From Alteromonas arenosi (GTDB lineage: Bacteria > Pseudomonadota > Gammaproteobacteria > Enterobacterales > Alteromonadaceae): a stretch of DNA of 64,000 nucleotides. Each line of letters begins with the position of its first letter. Position 1 is the first letter of the stretch. Under the pieces are notes generated by a model that was not told the DNA's origin, did not search any database, and saw only the letters and a program-made list of their open reading frames with translations. The translations under genes were made by a program, and so were the position numbers. The DNA lies in the NCBI RefSeq assembly GCF_030362855.1, contig NZ_JAUCBP010000007.1:308675-372674 (forward strand). The letters run 5' to 3'. Below are positions 29,173 to 36,059 of this stretch, piece by piece.

Positions 29173-30777
29173 TCAGCTGTTTTTTATTTGCTTAAACGTT
29201 AGCCCAAATTTTTGTAAATACATCCGCAGACGGTGTGAATCATTCTGTGTTTGCTTGCGCAATCGACTCTTGTCAAACAAAGCGCGGCTCGCTTCGGCGG
29301 CAGTAGTATATTGTTTACACGCTTGAATGACGCTTTGCAGCTGCATTTGATCAAAGTAATCTAATTCTTCAATAACCTCTTTGTCTAACCACTCTGTAAG
29401 GTCTACCTGCTTGTTTTCGATTTGCTGCTGCCAGCGATTTTGTAAGCGCTGAATTTCACGCTCCACTGTATTGCGTTCGATGCGTCCTGATGGGCTGAGG
29501 GTCGCCATCCGTGTAACACTTGCATTTAGATCTCTAAAATTTGCAGCCCACGTTGCACTTGGACTTTTGGCGAAGCTCAAGTACTGCTCTTTGGCAGCCA
29601 TACTAAAGCGTATATGGCGGTCTAACAGTCGAGCGCTCTGGTGCAGCTCAAATTCGAGATTAACTTCAAAGTCGTCCATTCGTTGTTTCAAAGAGGGGAG
29701 TCGCCACGACCAAATATCAATTCGAGCCAACAAATCCTCGCGAAAGCGACCCTGTTTAACTTCTTCTTGCAGATCTTTGTTGGTGCCGGCGATTAGCTGA
29801 AAGTCACTGTAAACTAAACTGTCAGCGCCTACGGGGTAAAACTCTTTAGATTCAATTGCATGCAGCAGCATGGCTTGCTCATCAAGGCCCAGCTCACCAA
29901 TCTCATCTAAAAACAAAACCCCTTTATCGGCTTGTTTTAAGTAACCACTGCGCGGATTAATTGCGCCGGTAAATGCACCCTTAACATGCCCAAAGAGTGC
30001 AGACATAGCCCCTTCACCTACCAGTGTTGCACAGTTTACCGGTACAAAGCTGGCGGTAACTTCTTTGCGTGTGGCTTTTAACTCGTATATCCGCCGCGCT
30101 AATTGTGATTTTCCTGCACCAGTAGGCCCTTGCAGCAAAATTGTATCTCGTGAACTTATAGCGACCTGTTCAATTTCCTCTATCATTTGGTTAAAAGCTA
30201 TGTCGCGAGTCTGAATTCCCGCCTTTAGGAATTCCGTTCCCGCTTGCGCCTGTTGTTGGAAGCGTTGCGATAGGGCATCGTACTTGGATAAATCTAAGTC
30301 AATTACCCGCAATATGCCTTTGGATTTTTCTTCGGGCGGCGCATTAAAGTCAGGGGAAACCTGAACCAGTCGAGCAGGGAATAATTGTGCTTCGCTGAGC
30401 AAAAACATACAGATTTGATTCACATGAGTGCCCGTAGTGATATTCAAATAGTAGTTTTCATTGTCTGTATCAAAGTTGTAATGCTGGCTAAACTCCAGTA
30501 GCCATGAATACACATCGGCAAAATCCCACGGATCACTCCACGCAGTTTCAACCAATGCAACTTGCGTGTGCGGCGATACTTGCTGTACATCTTCCATCAC
30601 CCGCTTAGCTAGGCGCAAATAATCAGGCTCATAGAGCATTTCCATGCGATCGACAGGAAATTCCGGGTGAGATACTAAGCTAATTGTCGGACGCCACGCG
30701 TGCCAGCGCTTATGGCCACGACCTTTGGCATCTTTAATAACACCAAGAATATTTATGACCACATTTCTCTTTGTCAT
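29173..30777 (-). CDS. rtcR: Sigma54-dependent transcriptional activator RtcR (CARF-like sensor + AAA+ + HTH).
   Basis: 534 aa. The N-terminal RtcR/CARF-like region (VVINILGVIKDAKGRGHKRWHAWRPT…) aligns with E. coli RtcR. The AAA+ domain carries the GAFTGA motif, and there is a C-terminal HTH. It is divergent from an rtcB operon. Confidence 0.9.
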   Translation of the reverse strand: MTKRNVVINILGVIKDAKGRGHKRWHAWRPTISLVSHPEFPVDRMEMLYEPDYLRLAKRVMEDVQQVSPHTQVALVETAWSDPWDFADVYSWLLEFSQHYNFDTDNENYYLNITTGTHVNQICMFLLSEAQLFPARLVQVSPDFNAPPEEKSKGILRVIDLDLSKYDALSQRFQQQAQAGTEFLKAGIQTRDIAFNQMIEEIEQVAISSRDTILLQGPTGAGKSQLARRIYELKATRKEVTASFVPVNCATLVGEGAMSALFGHVKGAFTGAINPRSGYLKQADKGVLFLDEIGELGLDEQAMLLHAIESKEFYPVGADSLVYSDFQLIAGTNKDLQEEVKQGRFREDLLARIDIWSWRLPSLKQRMDDFEVNLEFELHQSARLLDRHIRFSMAAKEQYLSFAKSPSATWAANFRDLNASVTRMATLSPSGRIERNTVEREIQRLQNRWQQQIENKQVDLTEWLDKEVIEELDYFDQMQLQSVIQACKQYTTAAEASRALFDKSRLRKQTQNDSHRLRMYLQKFGLTFKQIKNS

Positions 30778-30937
30778 GGCTCACTACTCAAGATATCAAT
30801 AAAAATACAAAGCTATCACAAATGATATAAATGTGGCTATTTTAAGTTGGTGTCACTTTTCTGTTTTTCAGCGATTAAAAATAAATAAGTAAATAAAAAC
30901 ATATAGATAGGGTTTTTATTTGATGTTTTTTCAAAAC

Positions 30938-30953
30938 TTGGCACTGCGCTTGA
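30938..30953 (+). promoter_or_regulatory. Candidate sigma54 (-24/-12) promoter facing the rtcB operon.
   Basis: tTGGCACtgcgcTTGAa compared with the consensus TGGCAC-N5-TTGCW. The -24 element and the spacing are perfect, but the -12 GC is replaced by GA. It sits between rtcR and the rtcB operon, about 140 nt upstream of the tRNA-like element. Confidence 0.35.
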
Positions 30954-31078
30954 AAACGATGTCGGCGTTAGTCGCTATTGATGTGTATGTTCTGCACACA
31001 GGTGCGTTAGGTGTTACCAATCGTATACCGCGAACTAACACCGACAGTTGTTCTGTCACCAGCCTTTCACGCTGGACG

Positions 31079-31152
31079 CTGTATGTAGCTCAGAGGTAGA
31101 GCTCGAAATTATGGATTTCGTGGACGTGGGTTCAATTCCCATCATACAACCA
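31079..31152 (+). ncRNA. tRNA-like structured RNA in the leader of the rtcB operon (Y-RNA/YrlA-like tRNA mimic, or a degenerate tRNA).
   Basis: A cloverleaf-compatible sequence. The acceptor strand CTGTATG pairs with CATACAA. D-arm TA-GCTC-AGAGGTA-GAGC. Anticodon-like stem CGAAA/TTTCG with loop TTATGGA. T-arm GTGGG-TTCAATT-CCCAT. It ends in CCA. It is not a canonical tRNA (see findings). Confidence 0.45.
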
Positions 31153-31177
31153 ATGTAAAAACTGGATAAGACTTAGC

Positions 31178-31210
31178 TTAAGTCAACAGGTTCGAACCCT
31201 GTTATGAACA
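31178..31210 (+). ncRNA. Second tRNA-like module: an isolated T-arm-like hairpin with a GGTTCGAAC loop.
   Basis: ACAGG-TTCGAAC-CCTGT (31186–31202) matches the tRNA T-arm consensus (GG-TTCGAAT-CC). It is preceded by hairpin GACTTA-gct-TAAGTC. No acceptor pairing was found. Confidence 0.3.
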
Positions 31211-31412
31211 AACTGTAAATTTGTTTAAACCCGACTGAGGGCCGTACTAACCGCTGTTAGTTACTCGCCTAGTCAACATTGATACACATTGCCAGTTGCA
31301 AGGATGCAACGTTAAACAACCGGCGCCGTGTATTGACCTTGATTAGCGCCAGTAATTTTCAGGTTTGCTACCCCCGAAGTCACATAATGTAAGAGGAATA
31401 TAGGAGGCTACG

Positions 31413-32588
31413 ATGGCCCAAATCAAACAAGGATTAGTGTTCACCACAGTAGTTGTGACACAAAACGAATTAGCGCTGATGTTTCGCGATGAGCAATTTG
31501 AAGCGGTGTTAGCGCCAGGTAAACATCGCTTTGTAAACGCCAGTAAAGCACTTACTTGGCAAGTGTTTGATACTAAAGGCTTGTACTTCACAGATGCCAA
31601 CGCCCAACGCTTGGTGCGTGAAAACGCTGAACTGCAAGAGCACATTCAGTTTTGGCAGCTAGCTAGCAATGAAGCAGGTTTGCTTTATGTTGATGGCCAA
31701 ATGCGCGGGATTGTAGCCCCTGGGGATAAGTTGTTCTTGTGGAAAGCAGCTGGCGAGTTGCGCCTAGAGCGGATCAACTTAGACGAGCAGCTTAGTGTTA
31801 ATACTGGCGTATTAACGGATATTAAAAACCGGGGTTTAAATGCAGCGACTAACTTAATTGCCAGTGCAGCAGTGGTGCGCAGAGTGCCTGTACTAGAAGC
31901 GCGGGTAATGGCGAATCATGTAGGGCTGTTGATGGTTGATGGCGCGTTACAAGAAGTATTGCAGCCTGGTGTTTACGGTTTCTGGCAGCTTAGCCAGCAT
32001 GTGGAAGTGAAAGTCTTCGATTTGCGTAAGCAAACCCTAGAAGTCGCAGGGCAAGAGATTCTGACAAAAGATCGCGTATCAATCAGAATCAATTTGACAG
32101 CTACTATCAAGGTCGAAGACGCAGTATTGGCAGCAGAGCAAGTGGATGACATTAACGCGTTCATCTACAAAAGCGTGCAGTTAGCGCTACGGGAAGCTGT
32201 TGGTACCAAAACGTTGGATGATCTTCTTGCTGACAAGTTGTACGTCAATGAGACGGTAAGTGCATTAGTGAGTGATGAGTTACATCAAGTGGGTGTGCGG
32301 TTGTGCCGGGTGGGGGTAAAAGACATCATTTTACCTGGCGAGATCAAAACGATTTTGAACAAAGTGGTCGAAGCGCAAAAAAGTGCCGAAGCTAACGTGA
32401 TCAAAAGACGTGAAGAAACCGCTGCAACCAGAAGCTTGCACAACACCGCGAAAATGATGGAAGGCAACACCACGTTGTTGCGCTTAAAAGAGTTAGAGGC
32501 GCTCGAGAAAGTCTCAGAGCGAGTAGGCAGCTTAAATGTTTACGGCGGATTGGAGCAATTATTGACCCAGACCGTCAAATTGAGCTGA
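31413..32588 (+). CDS. SPFH/band-7 (stomatin/flotillin-like) domain protein with an N-terminal triple ~60-aa repeat.
   Basis: 391 aa with AGGAGG 5 nt upstream. Three N-terminal repeats (LALMFRDEQFEAVLAPGKHRF / GLLYVDGQMRGIVAPGDKLFLW / GLLMVDGALQEVLQPGVYGFWQ) are followed by an SPFH core (…ILTKDRVSIRINLTATIKV…VKDIILPGEIKTILNKVVEAQKSAEANVIKRRE…). Confidence 0.75.
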   Translation: MAQIKQGLVFTTVVVTQNELALMFRDEQFEAVLAPGKHRFVNASKALTWQVFDTKGLYFTDANAQRLVRENAELQEHIQFWQLASNEAGLLYVDGQMRGIVAPGDKLFLWKAAGELRLERINLDEQLSVNTGVLTDIKNRGLNAATNLIASAAVVRRVPVLEARVMANHVGLLMVDGALQEVLQPGVYGFWQLSQHVEVKVFDLRKQTLEVAGQEILTKDRVSIRINLTATIKVEDAVLAAEQVDDINAFIYKSVQLALREAVGTKTLDDLLADKLYVNETVSALVSDELHQVGVRLCRVGVKDIILPGEIKTILNKVVEAQKSAEANVIKRREETAATRSLHNTAKMMEGNTTLLRLKELEALEKVSERVGSLNVYGGLEQLLTQTVKLS

Positions 32589-32655
32589 GTTACTTTTGCT
32601 GCCAAGGATGGCGGCAGTTTTACATTCAGGGAACATTAATACAGGAGGGAGGACA

Positions 32656-33435
32656 ATGACTGATGCAGTTAAGGCACGCATTGATGCCGAACTCAGCGCA
32701 ATCGAAAGCAAGTACAAGGTTCGCGTTTTAATGGCGGTTGAATCGGGTAGTCGGGCTTGGGGCTTTGCCTCAAAAGACTCCGATTATGATGTACGGTTTT
32801 TGTATATGCGCGAGCCTGAGTGGTATTTGTCGCCTTTCGTTGAATCCAAGCGAGACGTGATTGAATTGCCCATTGAGGATGAGCTAGACATCAATGGTTG
32901 GGATTTGCGCAAAGCTGTTAAGTTGATGGCAAAGTCAAACCCAGCATTATTGGAATGGTTTAGTAGTGACATCGTGTATCGGGAAGAAGAGGGCTTTCGA
33001 GCCACGTTTGCGCCATTATTGGCTGCGTATTATTCGCCCCGAGCGGGATTTTATCACTACTTACATATGGCCAAAGGTAACTTTCGGGAGTATCTCAAAA
33101 GTGACTTGGTCAAGACTAAAAAATACTTTTACGTGTTGCGTCCCATACTGTGTATGCGCTGGATAGAGTCGCATAGCAGTATTCCACCGCTGTTTTTCGA
33201 AACACTGGTGGACAAAACGGTCGAAGACACCGAGTTAACAAACGCTATCGCCGAGTTGCTAGTGCGCAAAAAGGCGGGTTTTGAGACTGATTACGATCGA
33301 CCGATACCGGTCATCAGTGCTTTTCTTAAAGCCGAACTGGCAAGACTCAGTGATTGTGCTGCGGCTATAGCCGTGAATCGCAAGTCTACCGATGACTTAG
33401 CTCGGTCCTTTGTACGTTATGTGGGAAACGCATAG
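32656..33435 (+). CDS. Minimal nucleotidyltransferase of the pol-beta superfamily, of the type found linked to RtcB.
   Basis: 259 aa. It has the NTase signature VESGSRAWGFASKDSDYDVRFLY (GS-x10-DxD). AGGAGGGAGG precedes the ATG at 32656. It lies directly upstream of rtcB, separated by a 27 nt gap. Confidence 0.7.
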   Translation: MTDAVKARIDAELSAIESKYKVRVLMAVESGSRAWGFASKDSDYDVRFLYMREPEWYLSPFVESKRDVIELPIEDELDINGWDLRKAVKLMAKSNPALLEWFSSDIVYREEEGFRATFAPLLAAYYSPRAGFYHYLHMAKGNFREYLKSDLVKTKKYFYVLRPILCMRWIESHSSIPPLFFETLVDKTVEDTELTNAIAELLVRKKAGFETDYDRPIPVISAFLKAELARLSDCAAAIAVNRKSTDDLARSFVRYVGNA

Positions 33436-33462
33436 CGCGTTGTAAAACAAAGAGGAATTACC

Positions 33463-34656
33463 ATGCCTGTGGTAACGCTGTTGCAAGCGAAAGAGCAACA
33501 AAAGCCGGTCAAAATATGGACCGATGAAGTGGAGCATGAAGCATTGGCGCAAATGCGGCGAGTGGCAAGCTTGCCATTCATTTATAAGCACGTTGCGGGA
33601 ATGCCGGATATCCACTTAGGGAAAGGTGCAACCGTAGGTTCGGTTATTGCGACTACTGATGCTGTGATCCCAGCTGCGGTTGGAGTTGATATCGGCTGCG
33701 GTATGAACGCAGTGCGCTTGTCCCTAAAGGCGAGCGATTTGCCTGACAACTTGGCGCGAGTTCGCGCGGCGATCGAAGATGTGGTGCCCTTAGGTGCTGG
33801 CGGATTTCATCGCAAAGAACAAATCCGCGGTGGCGATGCAATCGCGCGGAGCCTTGATGTTATTTTGGAAAAACATCCGGACATCAACAAACACGGTAAT
33901 GCGCGCAAGTATGCGCATCAGATGGGGACTCTGGGTTCAGGGAATCATTTCATTGAACTGTGTTTGGATGAAAATGATGATGTCTGGGTGATGTTGCATT
34001 CGGGCAGCCGTGGGATCGGTAACATGATTGGTCAGTACTTTATTCGTTTGGCCAAGCAAGACATGCGCGTGCATCAATTGAATGTGCCAGACAAGGAATT
34101 GTCGTATTTACGCGAAGGAACAGAACACTTTGACGACTATGTCGAAGCGGTAGATTGGGCGCAAGCATATGCCATGTATAACCGTGAGCATATGATGAAT
34201 GCAGTGCTAAGAGTCTTGGCTGACCATTTGAAGCGCTTTACGGTGACGAAAGAGGCTATTAACTGTCATCACAATTTTGTTGATCGCGAATGGCACGACG
34301 GCAACCACGTATGGGTTACTCGTAAAGGGGCAATTCGTGCGCGTGCAGGCGAGCTAGGTATTATTCCAGGCTCGATGGGCGCAAAGTCGTACATTGTTCG
34401 CGGTAAAGGTAATGCCGAGTCATTTTGCAGCTGTGCCCACGGTGCAGGGCGCAAGATGTCGCGTACCGCAGCAAAAAATCGTTTCAGAGTCAGTGATTTG
34501 GAGCGTCAAACGCAGGGTATTGAATGTCGTAAAGACAAAGGCGTGTTGGATGAAATTCCAGCGGCGTATAAGTCCATCGACAAAGTCATGTCACTGCAAA
34601 CTGATTTGGTGGACGTTGTTCATCAATTAAGACAAATCGTAAATGTAAAGGGTTGA
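33463..34656 (+). CDS. rtcB: RNA-splicing ligase RtcB (3'-phosphate/2',3'-cyclic phosphate to 5'-OH RNA ligase).
   Basis: 397 aa and collinear with E. coli RtcB (KIWTDEVEHEA…FIYKHVAGMPDIHLGKGATVGSVI…AAVGVDIGCGM…GSGNHFIEL…HSGSRGIGN…NCHHNF…AHGAGR). The metal-binding and GMP-His ligands are present. Confidence 0.95.
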   Translation: MPVVTLLQAKEQQKPVKIWTDEVEHEALAQMRRVASLPFIYKHVAGMPDIHLGKGATVGSVIATTDAVIPAAVGVDIGCGMNAVRLSLKASDLPDNLARVRAAIEDVVPLGAGGFHRKEQIRGGDAIARSLDVILEKHPDINKHGNARKYAHQMGTLGSGNHFIELCLDENDDVWVMLHSGSRGIGNMIGQYFIRLAKQDMRVHQLNVPDKELSYLREGTEHFDDYVEAVDWAQAYAMYNREHMMNAVLRVLADHLKRFTVTKEAINCHHNFVDREWHDGNHVWVTRKGAIRARAGELGIIPGSMGAKSYIVRGKGNAESFCSCAHGAGRKMSRTAAKNRFRVSDLERQTQGIECRKDKGVLDEIPAAYKSIDKVMSLQTDLVDVVHQLRQIVNVKG

Positions 34657-34768
34657 TTAGATTGAATAATCATCAATTAAACAGGAGCGTTACGACACTC
34701 ATCTAACACCTTATCTGGCGTTAGTTGAGTGTCAATTAACGCCAATATTGAAGTATAGGGTGAATGTG

Positions 34769-35959
34769 ATGAAACATTCCGAACGAGTTCGGCTGCGAGA
34801 GCAAGCTGAACGCCTCGATTTTGAGCGCAAAACTTTGCGTATCAGTTCGCGTGTAGTGAGACAATGCCAGGAAGACGTGATTGCGCAGAACTTGGCGCGC
34901 AAGCCGAAAGTTTTTCGCCATTCGAATACCTTGGTTTGTAAAGTTGCCGATAAAGCGCCAAAACTGGTTAAGGACCAGCATAGCTTGAATGCGGTTGAAC
35001 ACATGGCGCGTATTGCAACCTATCGCGATGTTGACTCATGGCAGCCACAGGGCAAAGGCTACCGCACCTTGTTGGTGTCACTGGCTGAACACTTGTTTGC
35101 TGCTTATCCAATGCCAGAGTTTATCTGGAGCGTGTTTTGGGCAACGGCTGATCGGCAGATGATGAAGCAGGTAGCTCGTATTGCTTATGGCACCAGTGTT
35201 TTTGCTTTGTGTGAATCAGGTTCACTACCTGTGCCGCTAACGCGTCGACAGTGCCATGCACTTATGCAGTTACCAGCTTCATTGAATTTTATCGAAGCCA
35301 TTCGTTATGTTCAGGTAATGAGCTGCGGTGGAAGCTACGCCTTGTTTCAAGCATGGAGCAAGTTGCGTCCCATTATGGTCATTCAAGAGCCAGCGATGGA
35401 GCAATTTTGGCAGCAAGTTTTACTCTGGTGCTGCAAACAAACGGAATTATCTGTTCAGGTGTTGCCTCAGCTCGTTGAATACTTGCGCGTTCGCAAGGGC
35501 GCTGATCGTCAGTTTGTGCTGCATAAACAAAGCTATAAAAATGTGCTTTATGCGATGTACGAATGGCAGCGACATGAGGCTATGCGCAAGAAAGCGAGTG
35601 GACAGAATTTGCCTGAATCTGGTTGGCTACCACTAGATTGGAAAGAGTCTATGAGCACCAAGCGCGGTCGCATTGTCACTCAGCAATGGCAGGTTGATGA
35701 GATCCTTTCAATCGAGCGTTTGCTCGCGGAGGGAATTGCCATGAACCATTGTGTTTATGGCTACCGCAATGCGATTAAGCGCGGCAATTGCTCGATTTGG
35801 TCGTTACGACATAATCAGCAGCGAGTAATTACAATCGAAGTTAACAATGCCTCTAGGCGAGTAGTGCAAGTGAAAGGTAAATACAATCGCGAGCCAAGCA
35901 ATGCTGAACGACAAGCTGTTGTGCACTGGGCGGTGAGCAACAATTTGCGTCTGAATTAA
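34769..35959 (+). CDS. Hypothetical protein (396 aa); the last gene of the rtcB operon.
   Basis: Same strand, 110 nt after rtcB. No family was recognised with confidence. The C-terminal region is NHCVYGYRNAIKRGNCSIWSLRHNQQRVITIEV…VVQVKGKYNREP. The start is ATG 34769; the track uses TTG 34748. Confidence 0.5.
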   Translation: MKHSERVRLREQAERLDFERKTLRISSRVVRQCQEDVIAQNLARKPKVFRHSNTLVCKVADKAPKLVKDQHSLNAVEHMARIATYRDVDSWQPQGKGYRTLLVSLAEHLFAAYPMPEFIWSVFWATADRQMMKQVARIAYGTSVFALCESGSLPVPLTRRQCHALMQLPASLNFIEAIRYVQVMSCGGSYALFQAWSKLRPIMVIQEPAMEQFWQQVLLWCCKQTELSVQVLPQLVEYLRVRKGADRQFVLHKQSYKNVLYAMYEWQRHEAMRKKASGQNLPESGWLPLDWKESMSTKRGRIVTQQWQVDEILSIERLLAEGIAMNHCVYGYRNAIKRGNCSIWSLRHNQQRVITIEVNNASRRVVQVKGKYNREPSNAERQAVVHWAVSNNLRLN

Positions 35960-35996
35960 GTGCATAGCGCAAAATAATCGACTAGACTAACCTTAT

Positions 35997-36035
35997 GCCG
36001 AACGCCACGTTGTCTTATGCAACGTGGCTTTCGGC
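35997..36035 (+). terminator. Long hairpin at the end of the rtcB operon; a possible terminator or RNA-processing site.
   Basis: GCCGAACGCCACGTTG-tcttatg-CAACGTGGCTTTCGGC forms a 16 bp stem with one mismatch. No T-run follows. Confidence 0.35.
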
Positions 36036-36059
36036 AACTCCAAAGGTTGAAGTTGTATA

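Noticed and set aside
31079-31152. Calling the cloverleaf-like element a genuine tRNA-His gene or pseudogene (anticodon ATG).
   Set aside because: Position 34 would be an unmodifiable A in a His-type anticodon, and there is a C1:A72 mismatch. The discriminator/CCA register is shifted. It also sits inside an operon leader downstream of a sigma54-like promoter. A tRNA mimic or degenerate tRNA is more defensible than a decoding tRNA.
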